Made by a program: the position numbers and the translations under genes. Below, in pieces: positions 1 to 11,605 of a DNA stretch of 64,000 nucleotides; positions within the stretch are counted from its first letter, which is position 1, and each line of letters begins with the position of its first letter. The DNA is from Macrostomum lignano (taxonomy: Eukaryota), in NCBI GenBank assembly GCA_002269645.1, contig NIVC01000390.1, positions 1 through 64,000 on the forward strand, read 5' to 3'. The notes under the pieces were generated by a model. The model did no database searches and was not told the DNA's origin. It saw only the letters and a program-made list of their open reading frames with translations.

Positions 1-39
1 TAGGGAGAAAAGAAACCGAAGAGTCTGCTCGTCGAATGC
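1..39 (-). CDS. WDR62: WDR62/MAPKBP1-like WD40 gene, 4th visible exon (continues beyond window)
   Basis: Acceptor CCAG at 40-43 on the minus strand. The exon reads AFDEQTLRFLFSL in phase 0 after CVR, matching the family segment VRLFNPSNLHFLSTL. Confidence 0.7.
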
Positions 40-47
40 CTGGCGAG

Positions 48-304
48 TATCAGTTTGGCGATGATTATCAGTTGGATAGAGGGCGATGATTATCAGTTGA
101 TAGAGGGCGATGATTATCAGTTGGATAGAGGGCGATGATTATCAGTTGGATGGGGCGATGATTATCAGTTGGATAAAGGGCGATGATTATCAGTTGGATA
201 GAGGGCGATGATTATCAGTTGGATAGAGGGCGATAATTATCAGTTGGATAGAGGGCGATGATTATCAGTTGGATAGAGGGCGATGATTATCAGTTGGATA
301 GAGG
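48..304. repeat. 25-bp minisatellite, about 10 units (GAGGGCGATGATTATCAGTTGGATA), filling intron 3 of the WD40 gene
   Basis: Direct tandem repetition visible in the sequence. Confidence 0.97.
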
Positions 305-320
305 GTGAACTGCAGCTCAC

Positions 321-799
321 CCTAACGCAGCCCCGGGCGCAGCCAACAAACACGCGACCAGCGGCGCCGTGCAGACAGAAGGCCCGGCTAGTTCGCAATT
401 CTACGAAACGTTCAACATGCCGACGCTCGGAGAAATGGCACAGCTGGCCGCTGTTGCTCAGCGCCAGCAGGCCGCCGCCGTCTGGCAGGGGATGCACGCC
501 GACAAAGGTGGCATTACGCATCTCGCCCAGTATAGCGTTGCGACTCTGAATTGGCACGGTGCCGCGGCTAGGCGGCTTAGGCGCGTCGAAATACCAAAAT
601 CGAACGTGTCTCACGCGACAGTGACAAAATAGTGCGCGCTAAAGCGAAAGCTACGGCGAATATCTTCGATGATACTTTGTTAGTTGCTAGGCGACTCTCG
701 GCTCGCCAGTCCCACAGGCTGACGGTCATGTCCTGCTCGACGCCAACGCTTACTAGCAGGCGAGACGATGGGCTGAAGTCTAGGCAGCTAATGGCGTAT
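321..799 (-). CDS. WDR62: WDR62/MAPKBP1-like WD40 gene, exon 3 (net frameshift near 615-645)
   Basis: Acceptor TTGCAG (AG at 801-800) and donor GTGAG at 320. Reads YAISCLDFSPSSRLLVSVGVEQDMTVSLWDW...NKVSSKIFAVAF, then HYFVTV, then VRHVRFWYFD...GEMRNATF...VELRT...FVGCARGCVR. This matches MAPKBP1 motifs but needs two frame changes. Confidence 0.85.
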
Positions 800-841
800 C
801 TGCAAGGTTAGAAGACCAGTGGAGGCCAGTCTTTTAGTGAC

Positions 842-1790
842 TGTGACACTGGGTGGTGTGCAATTGAATGGTATGTTCAATTCTTTGGTACACAGCTGAG
901 TGACATCGGATGGTGTGCAATTGAATGGAATTCTATGGTACACAGCTGAGTGACATTGGATGGTGTGCAATTGAATGGAATTCTATGACACAGCTGAGTG
1001 ACATTGGATGGTGTGCAATTGAATGGAATGCTATGGTACACAGCTGAGTGACATTGGATGGTGTGCAATTGAATGGAATTCTATGACACAGCTGAGTGAC
1101 ATTGGATGGTGTGCAATTGAATGGAATGCTATGGTACACAGCTGAGTGACATTGGATGGTGTGCAATTGAATGGAATTCTATGATACACAGCTGAGTGAC
1201 ATTGGATGGTGTGCAACTGAATGGAATTCTATGGTACACAGCTGAGTGACATTGGATGGTGTGCAACTGAATGGAATTCTATGGTACACAGCTGAGTGAC
1301 ATTGGATGGTGTGCAATTGAATGGAATTCTATGATACACAGCTGAGTGACATTGGATGGTGTGCAATTGAATGGAATTCTATGATACACAGCTGAGTGAC
1401 ATTGGATGGTGTGCAACTGAATGGAATTCTATGATACACAGCTGAGTGACATTGGATGGTGTGCAACTGAATGGAATTCTATGGTACACAGCTGAGTGAC
1501 ATTGGGTGGTGTGCAATTGAATGGAATTCTATGGTACACAGCTGAGTGACATTGGGTGGTGTGCAATTGAATGGAATTCTATGGTACACAGCTGAGTGAC
1601 ATTAGATGGTGTGCAATTGAATGGAATTCTTTGATACAGCTGAGTGACATTGGATGGTGTGCAATTGAATGGAATTCTATGGTACACAGCTGAGTGACAT
1701 TGGGTGGTGTGCAATTGAATGGAATTCGATGGTACACAGCTGAGTGACATTGGATGGTGTGCAATTGAATGGAATTATTTGATACACAGC
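842..1790. repeat. 50-bp minisatellite, about 19 units (CACAGCTGAGTGACATTGGATGGTGTGCAATTGAATGGAATTCTATGGTA), in WD40 intron 2
   Basis: Direct tandem repetition. Confidence 0.97.
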
Positions 1791-1844
1791 TGCACTCTAA
1801 TGACACTGAAGCCACTCATCTCACACAGGATCTTAATGACGCAC

Positions 1845-2128
1845 CTGTGTCCAGCCAGCTTAGCCACCAGGCTGCCGCCATCTTCAACAGACCAGACTCG
1901 CACCAGCGGATCTTTGCCGCTCTCGCCCGTTGCCACGTGACGCCCGTCGTGACTGAACTTTAAACAGGTCAGAGATTTCTTGTGCGAGCCGCGCACAAAC
2001 GATTGCCTATTGGAGGCCGGGTCAAGCAGTACAATAGCGGCGCCGGCCGGGTAGGCAACTCTGCCGCTGGAGCTGTCCAAGCTGATGCTGCCTAGGGCTG
2101 TGAGACCCAGCACTCGCTCAAGGGACAC
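1845..2128 (-). CDS. WDR62: WDR62/MAPKBP1-like WD40 gene, exon 2
   Basis: Acceptor CCGCAG, donor GTGCGT. Reads VSLERVLGLTA...GRVAYPAGAAIVLLDP...LTCLKFSHDGRHVATGESGKDPLVRVW...GHR, matching family motifs VTLEKVLG, VAYPAG and TGESGH.PAVRVW. The 284-nt length gives phase 2, which joins exon 3 in frame. Confidence 0.93.
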
Positions 2129-2329
2129 CTGCGGATTGGGATTACCCAGCATTAAACTATTGGTAGCTTAATAGAAACCTAGGAAAACAACTAATGGGTC
2201 AATGGGCCCTCTTAACTCAGCTTTCGAGATTTTTTGATATTACGAAGAAAATATTATACCAATTTAGGGATCGACAGCAGCGGATAAAATCTTTCTACGG
2301 GATTAATACTACTCAAAAAAACTCATAAG

Positions 2330-3087
2330 GGGATCAACACTACTCGATAAAATCCCACACTAGGGGATTAACACTATCTTACTCGATAAAGTCCCACACT
2401 AGGGGATTAACACTACTCGATAAAATCCCACACTAGGGGATTAACACTATCTTACTCGATAAAATCCCACACTAGGGGATTAACACTACTCGATAAAATC
2501 CCACACTAGGGGATTAACACTATCTTACTCGATAAAGTCCCACACTAGGGGATTAACACTACTCGATAAAATCTTACTAGGGATTAACACTACTCGATAA
2601 AATCCCACACTAGGAGATTAACACTATCTTACTCGATAAAATCCCACACTAGGGGATTAACACTACTCGATAAAATCCCACACTAGGGGATTAACACTAC
2701 TCGATAAAATCCCACACTAGGGGATTAACACTACTCGATAAAATCCCACACTAGGGGATTAACACTACTCGATAAAATCCCACACTAGGGGATTAACACT
2801 ACTCGATAAAATCCCACACTAGGGGATTAACACTATCTTACTCGATAAAGTCCCACACTAGGGGATTAACACTATCTTACTCGATAAAGTCCCACACTAG
2901 GGGATTAACACTATCTTACTCGATAAAGTCCCACACTAGGGGATTAACACTATCTTACTCGATAAAGTCCCACACTAGGGAATTAACACTATCTTACTCG
3001 ATAAAGTCCCACACTAGGGGATTAACACTACTCGATAAAATCTTACTAGGGATTAACACTACTCGATAAAATCCCACCAGGGGATTA
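2330..3087. repeat. 34/40-bp minisatellite, about 21 units (ACTACTCGATAAAATCCCACACTAGGGGATTAAC, with or without ATCTT/TATCTT), in WD40 intron 1
   Basis: Direct tandem repetition with two length variants. Confidence 0.95.
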
Positions 3088-3229
3088 ATACCGCAAGGGA
3101 TAAATACCAGTTCACGACTCCCTATTAAAGGAAAATTGCCTCTCCGCTTAATCCTATCCAAAAGGATTCAATATTTCTAATCTAATGATAAACAGAGCAC
3201 TCAACTCAATAAATGCCTCAGCGCCTCAC

Positions 3230-3321
3230 CTGTTCCAGCTGGCAGCTTCCGCCACCTCCGCCGAGGCGCCACGATGACGGCCCTTAAACCGGCGGGCCCT
3301 ACTAATAGACAGCGGGTTCAT
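3230..3321 (-). CDS. WDR62: WDR62/MAPKBP1-like gene, probable first coding exon
   Basis: ATG at 3321 (MNPLSISRARRFKGRHRG..) and donor CAG|GTGAG at 3229. A 1-nt frame change is needed to give ..GGGGSCQLEQ|VSLERVLG, because the phase-0 frame is closed by TAA. Confidence 0.6.
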
Positions 3322-3504
3322 ACTTATAAAGTATGCCACCAGATGACACCACGACTTTGATCGACAGTTGCCGATGCTGACCTCAACTTTGCTACTGAGA
3401 GCTGCATGCGGCAATGGAGTGTCGCTGTAATTGCATTTTTAATGTGAATAATTGCTTATGGCTTCTGCTACAACTGGAATTCGATTTCATCCTGTTGACT
3501 TCAA

Positions 3505-4720
3505 AAGGAGAATTGCTGAGATTAATCAATGGGGAATCGCTGAGATTGATCAATGGGGAATTGCTGAGATTAATCAATGGAGAATTGCTGAGATTAATCA
3601 ATAGGGAATCGCTGATATTGATCAATGGGAAATTGCTGAGATTAATCAATAGGGAATCGCTGAGATTGATCAATAGGGAATCGCTGAGATTGATCAATAG
3701 GGAATCGCTGAGATTGATCAATAGGGAATCGCTGAGATTGATCAATAGGGAATCGCTGAGATTGATCAATAGGGAATCGCTGAGATTGATCAATGGGGAA
3801 TTGCTGAGATTGATCAATGGAGAATTGCTGAAATCGATCAATGGAGAATCGCTGAAATTGGTCAATGGGGAATTGCTGAGATTGATCAATGGAGAATTGC
3901 TGAAATTGATCAATGGAGAATTGCTGAGATTGATCAATAGGGAATCGCTGAGATTGATCAATAGGGAATCTGAGATTGATCTGAGATTGATCAATGGGGA
4001 ATTGCTGAGATTGATCAATGGGGAATCGCTGAGATTGATCAATGGGAATCGCTGAGATTGATCAATGGGAATCGCTGAGAATTGATCAATGGGGAATTGC
4101 TGAGATTGATCAATGGGGAATTGCTGAGATTGATCAATGGGGAATCGCTGAGATTGATCAATGGGAATCGCTGAGATTGATCAATGGGGAATCGCTGAGA
4201 TTGATCAATGGGGAATTGCTGAGATTGATCCATGGGGAATTGCTGAGATTGATCAATGGGGAATTGCTGAGATTGATCAATGGGGAATTGGCTGAGATTG
4301 ATCAATGGGGAATCGCTGAGATTGATCAATAGGGAATTGCTGAGATTGATCAATAGAGAATCGCTGAGATTGATCAATAGAGAATTGCTGAGATTGATCA
4401 ATAGAGAACTGCTGAGATTGATCAATAGAGAATTGCTGAGATTGATCAATAGAGAATCGCTGAGATTGATCAATAGAGAATTGCTGAGATTGATCAGTAG
4501 AGAACTGCTGAGATTGATCAATAGAGAATCGCTGAGATTGATCAATAGAGAATTGCTGAGATTGATCAATAGGGAATCGCTGAGATTGATCAATAGAGAA
4601 TCGCTGAGATTGATCAATAGAGAATTGCTGAGATTGATCAATAGGGAATCGCTGAGATTGATCAATAGAGAATCGCTGAGATTGATCAATAGAGACAAAG
4701 AGAATTGCTGAGATTGATCA
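3505..4720. repeat. 24-bp minisatellite, about 50 units (GAATT/CGCTGAGATTGATCAATA/GGG)
   Basis: Direct tandem repetition. The unit contains the palindrome ATTGATCAAT. Confidence 0.97.
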
Positions 4721-4952
4721 CAATAAATTTTATCAATATCAAACTCAGATCGAAAGTAAAGAGACAAAGCGAAGCATTCAATCCAAGAGCCAGCACAACG
4801 CAACAGGGGTCAGGGCCACCCTGTTAAACAATACTAGCGTATATTTCAATTACACCACCGATGGAAATCTAGCAGCCTCTCAAACTGTTAATCGCAGTCT
4901 CTAACTTTCATATGAATCAATAATCCACAAAAGCCGAGCAAAACTGCCGCAA

Positions 4953-5396
4953 TTAGCGGTAGGATTTCTGGTAGCGAGCTCGGGCACCCGGACCGCCGAA
5001 TTTCTTCGGCTCGCAACGACGCGGATCCGCAACTAGCAGAGACTTATCGTAAGAGATTAGCAGATCCTTGATCTCCTTCTTGCTAGCCTCGTCAACAAAT
5101 TTCTGATAATAAGCTACCAGAGATTTGCTCAGAGCCTGTCTAATAGCGTACACCTGAGCGATCCGGCCGCCACCTTTCACGCGAATCCGGATGTCCACAC
5201 CTTTGAACTTGTCCTCGCCAAGTAGCAGCACAGGCTCCTGCAGTTTGTACTGGAGTGCCCGCGGCTCCACCAGCTTCAATGGTCGGCCATTGACGTGGAT
5301 CAGGCCGCGGCCGGACTTGCAATGAGCAACGGCTGTGGCCGTCTTCTTGCGGCCGAACACTTGCACCGCCTGTGAGGGATTCGGACGCGTAGCCAT
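4953..5396 (-). CDS. RPS16: 40S ribosomal protein S16 (uS9), intronless CDS, 147 aa
   Basis: [43 protein letters not shown] and [28 protein letters not shown] are diagnostic of eukaryotic uS9. Confidence 0.99.
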   Translation of the reverse strand: MATRPNPSQAVQVFGRKKTATAVAHCKSGRGLIHVNGRPLKLVEPRALQYKLQEPVLLLGEDKFKGVDIRIRVKGGGRIAQVYAIRQALSKSLVAYYQKFVDEASKKEIKDLLISYDKSLLVADPRRCEPKKFGGPGARARYQKSYR

Positions 5397-5460
5397 ACCG
5401 CCTCGGTTACTGTTGGCTGCAATTGATTGACGTGTAGATTATCGTCAAACAGGATTAGAT

Positions 5461-5518
<58 letters not shown>
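5461..5518. repeat. (TCTG)n microsatellite
   Basis: Direct observation. Confidence 0.98.
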
Positions 5519-6519
5519 ATTGCCTGTTTGTGCGTCTGTCTAATCCACGTTCAAAACAAATTTCTTGACCGAATTTTTAATCTTTATGTCAAAAGGCGTG
5601 AAAGCTTAGTTACTTAGTTATTATCTAATTATTATAATACTTGTAGACTATACTTGCTACTTAGCAAGGAAACGCAAGTAGCATACTTAGCAGGCGATCA
5701 AATTGATAAATATGTATGTTAGAAATGTCTGAAGAAGATCATACGTTAAATACCTAGGACATTCGAATTCCAACAGACTCGTCCTATACCTGTCCGGACA
5801 TAGCAGCAGATGAAAGCCAGAAGGCAGAGAGAGAGTAGAGATAATTGAAGAATAATCACTGTTGGGATCAGGTTACTAACGTAAAAATCTTTTCCAATAA
5901 ATGGAATACGATTCTGACTAAAGCACTAAGCAAAGGGTTGGTCGATGGCAAGAGGCAACCAGAAAGAAGAAAAGTGAAAGAAAAACGACAGTCCATTAAA
6001 CAATCGACCCATTAATTTGCTGCTTTCCATAAACCAAAATAGTGCTTTTTCTAGGTAAATATTTCTGCGCATTCGAACAAGTCACTCGTACAGGTGTGTG
6101 CCTGATGAGGTTGGGAGATGGGCCAGGGGGGGGATGTGCATCTGGGATTTCGCTTCTTCAAGTTTAGTATAAGGCTACACAGCAACTGGGACACAGTCAG
6201 CGGAAAGTGCGAATATGCCGCGTGTATTAAAGTGGAACAGGTGGCCGTGGGTGATAAGGGCTAGTAGAGCGATAATTACTATTGAGGAAGCTCGATGCGT
6301 GAAGGCAGAAAATATGATTGGGAGAAAAAAACAGTTGCAAATCAGGAATCCCTAGGACCTTATCAATGTCGCTTGAAGGGGAAAGTAGTGTGCACTAGCT
6401 AACTGCACTTCCTGACCCTCTGGATTTTACAGCAGCTACACAAGTACAGTCCCCGAGTAGGAGATATGAAAGAGGCGTTCCTGAGGAGTACTGAAGACAT
6501 TTTTCCGTGGATTTAGGAC

Positions 6520-7515
6520 CATTCCCAATATGGGATTAGAGGAGATTCTCAGTATGGAATCAGAGGAGATTCTCAATATGGGATCAGAGGAGATTTTCAG
6601 TATGGAATCAGAGGAGATTCTCAATATGGGATCAGAGAGGGAGATTATGATGTGATCAGAGAGGGAGATTCTCAATATGGGATCAGAGAAGGAGATTCCA
6701 ATATGGGATCAGAGAGGGAGATTATTAATATGAGATCAGAGGAGATTCTGAATATGGGATCAGAGGAGGGGAATCAGAGAGATTCTCAATATGGGATCAG
6801 AGAGGGAGATTATGATGTGATCAGAGAGGGAGATTCTCAATATGGGATCAGAGAGGGAGATTATTAATATGAGATCAATATGATCAGAGGGAGATTCTGA
6901 ATATGGGATCAGAGGAGATTCTCAATATGGGATCAGAGAGGGAGATTATGAATGTGATCAGAGAGGGAGATTCTCAATATGGGATCAGAGGAGATTCTCA
7001 ATATGGATCAGAGAGGGAGATTCTTAATATGGGATCAGAGGGAGATTATTAATATGGATCAGAGAGGGAGATTCTGAATATGGGATCAGAGGAGGGGGAG
7101 AGATTCTCAATATGGGATCAGAGAGGGAGATTATGAATGCGATCAGAGAGGGAGATTCTCAATATGGGATCAGAGAGGGAGATTATTAATATGAGATCAG
7201 AGAGGGAGATTCTGAATATGGGATCAGAGGAGGGGGGGAGATTCTCAATATGGGATCAGAGAGGGAGATTCTCAATATGGGATCAGATCAGAGAGGGAGA
7301 TTCTTCAATATGGGATCAGAGGAGATTCTCAATATGGGATCAGAGATTCTCAGTAGGGATCGGAGGAGATTCTCAATATGGGATCAGAGAGGGAGATTCT
7401 CAATATGGGATCAGAGAAGGAGATTCCCAATATGGGATCAGAGAGGGAGATTCTTAATGTGGGATCAAAAAGGCAGATTCTCAATATGGGATCACAGAGG
7501 GAGATTCTCAGATAT
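6520..7515. repeat. Degenerate ~27-bp minisatellite (GAGATTCTCAATATGGGATCAGAGAGG and variants)
   Basis: Direct tandem repetition with many indel variants. Confidence 0.93.
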
Positions 7516-8361
7516 GGGGATCACCACAGAGAGTCGCTTTCAGCAATAAATCAGAGAAAAGAGAGAGTGGTATATTAACATGGTTTTTAATTATATTATG
7601 ACTATAATTATATGATATTAAGGTAATAATACTTTACTAAGCAAAACAAATGAATAACAATCCAATTCGACTAGTGAACAAATAGCAACATAAAATAGTG
7701 TTTTGATGTGTTTATTAAAATAATAAAAAAGTAAAACCAGACAAAAAAACTGGATAAAAAGCATTCACGATTCAGAAAGAAGCACACTTATACATATAAT
7801 GTAATAACAATATAGCCGAATTCAAATCACAGACTGTCAATACAACTGGATTTACGACAGTAAATACGATAACATCTCTTATTGATGCAGAGGATAAAAC
7901 AGGTCTAATGTTCATACATATCTAGCCCTCAACACTTGGCAACTGTAACCTGATCTGGATGATATGATTCAATAAATAATTTTAGAGACTTCGATATGAT
8001 ATTCAGGACAAATAGAACTTACTTTTAGAATGTGACAAGTTATCTGTGAGGCGAGAGGAACTATTGACACAATAATGGGCTAAACTAGGGGCATGTGTAA
8101 ATGACCGATGCGAAGCAAAAATAGAGGTCATAGCATTACAGACAATAACAAGTAAATTGTTCAGCAATTTATGAAATAAAACTGAACAAGAGTATTCACA
8201 TAATGAATTGGCAAAGACAAGCACTAGACAAGCTTTTTTCAATTTTAAAGTGAAAAGCGTACTAAAATACCTCAGACAGACAAATTAATAAGAGCACTAG
8301 TAGATTACTTGTTCAAAACTAATTGGTCCCTAATTAACCATCTCTGGGCGTTCTTTTTAAT

Positions 8362-8860
8362 CTTTAATAAGGTTGTACATTGGGGCAGGAGTGAGGGCGG
8401 TGTACATTCGGGCAGGAGTTGGGGTTGGTTGGTGTACATTGGGGCAGGAGTGTGGGCAGTGTACATTCGGGCAGGAGTTGGGTTGGTTGGTGTACATTGG
8501 GGCAGGAGTGAGGGCGGTGTACATTCGGGCAGGAGTGTGGGTTGGTGTACTTTTGGGCAGGAGTGAGGATTGGTGTACATTGGGGCAGGAGTGAGGGCGG
8601 TGTACATTCGGGCAGGAGTGAGGGTTGGTGTACATTGGAGGAGTGAGGGTTGGAGTACATTGGAGGAGTGAGGGTTGGAGTACATTGGAGGAGTGAGGGT
8701 TGGTGTACATTGGAGGAGTGAGGGTTGGTGTACATTGGAGGAGTGAGGGTTGGAGTACATTGGGGCAGGAGTGAGGGTTGGTGTATATTGGGGCAGAAGT
8801 GTGGGTTGGTGTACATTGGGGCAGGAGTGTGGTTCGTATACATTGGGCTGTGTAGATTGG
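8362..8860. repeat. G-rich minisatellite with 24-36-bp units (GTACATTGGGGCAGGAGTGAGGGTTGGT)
   Basis: Direct tandem repetition. Confidence 0.93.
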
Positions 8861-9379
8861 GATAGGAAAGATTTTGATGCACATTTAATTAACCTAGGCT
8901 TGGTTAATTAGAAACAATACACATAAGTGTAGTAGTGGGTAGTGGTTATAAACAGCTACTCATTTTAATCAATATTCTCTAAACGCAGAACCAGATTCTT
9001 TTTTATTCACAATACTGAAGAAGCTAAATAAAACAAAGCTATATTATCTGCTCACACGTATAGCAAAACTAAAAGCAAATTAAAAACAACCAGAAGACCA
9101 AATGGCGAGGCGCAAGCAACACAATATCGAATTTTAAAAGTTAAACAAAAAGCTTAGAAAGTTGAATTCATATAATAGTATTATTACCAAGTGACAAAAA
9201 TACAAAACAAACTAACGAAAGCCACAAAAAACAATAGACAAACATAGTAACAAAAAACTATTAAATATGTTTGTATCTTATATAAACCTCCGGTATAGTA
9301 AAACAATTTACACTGCATGCTACCTGTTGGTGTATGAATGCTCAGCTTAGATTAAAACACAGCCTGGCTGTTCGCTCAG

Positions 9380-9889
9380 TCATCGGAGCAGTACTTTAAA
9401 CTTTTCCAACTCTTCCATCAGCTGCCGATTCTGAGCAGTGAGCAGTCGAACGCGCGACTCCAAACACTTTATATAGTCTTTCTTCTTCTGTCGGCAGATT
9501 CTGGCCGCTTCTCGATTCTTCTCTAGCCGATTCGCTCGCTTCCTTTTCTGATAATCGGAAGGCTCGCCGGCTCCGATCAGGACAGATGACGATGTCGACG
9601 ATGGACCGCCGCTACCGCCGCCGGCGCTGCCTCCAGCTGCATCGCAGCCGGGCACCGGCGTAGAAGAAGACGCCAAAGTTGACGCCGGGAAATTAAACGC
9701 GGGAGCCACCAGCTGATAAGCTGTTGCAGTTTCGCAGCTCGGCTTGCCTTCTCCGCTGGTGCCAATATTAACAAAGGCGCCAATTGGTGCAGTGAAACTT
9801 GGCGCCGCAACTAACGGCGGCAATTGGCAAACCTGTTGACCGGACGATGCCAGCTGGCGCGGCTCCGCGTTTGACTTGCTAGGTGACGG
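9380..9889 (-). CDS. CREB: CREB/CREM/ATF1-family bZIP transcription factor, terminal coding exon
   Basis: Acceptor TTTACAG (AG at 9891-9890) followed by an open 510-nt frame. It ends KRANRLEKNREAARICRQKKKDYIKCLESRVRLLTAQNRQLMEELEKFK, matching the CREB bZIP RLMKNREAARECRRKKKEYVKCLENRV..L..QN..L.EEL. An AATAAA lies near 9002-9007 on the minus strand. Upstream exons were not resolved. Confidence 0.9.
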   Translation of the reverse strand, partial: PSPSKSNAEPRQLASSGQQVCQLPPLVAAPSFTAPIGAFVNIGTSGEGKPSCETATAYQLVAPAFNFPASTLASSSTPVPGCDAAGGSAGGGSGGPSSTSSSVLIGAGEPSDYQKRKRANRLEKNREAARICRQKKKDYIKCLESRVRLLTAQNRQLMEELEKFKVLLR

Positions 9890-9910
9890 CTGTAAAGTGT
9901 GACAATTTGT

Positions 9911-10110
9911 ATTGTAGCCTAGTGGTTAGAGTGTCGGGCTCACAACTTGAAGGTCGGGGGTTCGATTCACGATCTCACCAGGACAATCTGTGTCCTTGAG
10001 CAAGACACATATTTCTGCTAAATTCTGCATAGCTTCAGTGCAGCCAGCTATAAAATGGGTGCCTGCATTAGCCAGGGCTATTGGTGTCTAGCGACCCACC
10101 AGTCCATTGA
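9911..10110 (+). mobile_element. tRNA-derived SINE (family A), with a CORE/Meta-like central domain
   Basis: A-box TAGCCTAGTGG and B-box GGTTCGATTC, then TGTGTCCTTGAGCAAGACAC...CAGCTATAAAATGGGTGCC. Homologous to the copy at 27700-28011. Confidence 0.8.
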
Positions 10111-11605
10111 ACATATACATTAACTAAATTATACATTGATTGCTCTTGCTATTAATGAATAGACAAATTTAATAATTTAGCTGTCAACCATGCTGCTAAA
10201 ATAAAACTGAATTGCATTATTGCACTAAATATTGTTTGGGCTACAAAAGTGAAACAGTCCTATAAACAATAGTCTTGACCATAGACAATTGCATGGTTTA
10301 TACAAGTATATATAGCCCCAATTGGAATAGGGTCTAGCAAAAATGTGCCATGGGGTCACTTTCCAAGGTACAAGGCCTACATCAAGGGGTCACCAAGTGT
10401 GTGCTGGGGCCCAAGAGGCATTGCAACAATAAAGGGCCTTTTTGGCATTTTGTATTGCTTTGGCAGTGGTGGCATACTAACAACAAAATAGCATTGCTTC
10501 GTGAAGGACACTAAATAACTTTTGCCAACTTTTAACATTTTGACATTTGAGGCCATTCTGTGCATGGCCATTTTGATATAGATTCTAAGCACCATGCCAA
10601 GTATTACACTGAATTGCACTGAACCAGACCAAGTGCTGCCTGATAGAAAATAAGCCACACTGCAGCATCATTTAAAAAATTTGCTAGATTGCTATCTGCC
10701 ATTTAGTAACTTTTTCCAATAGGATATATAGCAAGTTCTTATGTCTTCCTCTCAGTGTGATAAAATACTAGAATGCACATAGATTTAAAAGCAGCATTTA
10801 GGAAAAATTCATGATATAAAAAATTTTAGACAATCAAATATTATTTATATATAGACAGATGATAGATAAATATTAGCAGAAACAAAAACTAATTAACTTT
10901 TAATATCTTATAGAGTTGTGTACATAATTATATAAGAAAACAAAGTAGCTCCATTCTTTCATTTTAAGCATTTGTTATTTGCACAGTATCATATAAATAC
11001 TACTGGTATTATTTGCCCATATAGTATAAATAGTGCTAGAATTATTTACATGGTAACTAAAATATCTATTAAATAGTTATCTTATATTTTCATAATGGGT
11101 TAAAACTAAAAGTAATTAAAACATAGACAATTTATGTGTTTAAAGCTTAGCATTTTTATTATTATTAATTATGCAAGTACAAAGGGGTTTTTAAAAAAAC
11201 AAGAATTCTAAACATTTGCCTTCAAAATGATCGATTGCAGTCAAATATAAGTTGACTATAGCTGTAACAATGAGAAATGTTAACAAATGGTTTTTTTGCA
11301 AGATAACTAGCCCTTTAATTTTATAATTTATTTATTAATTATTTTAAATAATTTAAGAACCTACAGACCTAAAAGTAAATTCATTTAATTTAAATAAATA
11401 AAAAATTAGAAATAGGCCTGGTTATGACATGAAAAACATTCATTTTATTAAAAGGTAGGCTAATAATGTTTAAAATAATTTTAACTAATTATATTTTACT
11501 CTTTAGGCCTATATTTATAGACTGGAATAAATAATAAAATTGAATTCAACTCTAAGTAAATAGCCCCTTTAAGCAAGTATTAAAAGTTATTAGCTAGAGC
11601 AAAAA

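Noticed and set aside
2330-3087. 34-bp hairpin-containing repeats resembling a CRISPR array
   Set aside because: The units are contiguous with no unique spacers, there are no cas genes, and the array lies in a eukaryotic intron.
3392-4803. Long two-strand ORFs of 8-aa repeats (LLRLINGE / LINLSDSL), superficially LRR-like
   Set aside because: They come from a 24-bp unit with no stop codons. There is no unique flanking domain or credible start, and the frame is broken by indels.
8003-8242. NSLCEYSCSVL resembles the hAT dimerisation motif (CERSFS)
   Set aside because: The match is too short and degenerate, with no other transposase motifs or TIRs.
8305-8884. Pro/Thr/Cys-rich repeat ORFs
   Set aside because: Translations of a G-rich minisatellite.
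9911-9980. tRNA-like sequence (also 27940-28011)
   Set aside because: It has A and B boxes but no complete cloverleaf or acceptor stem, and continues into a shared SINE body.
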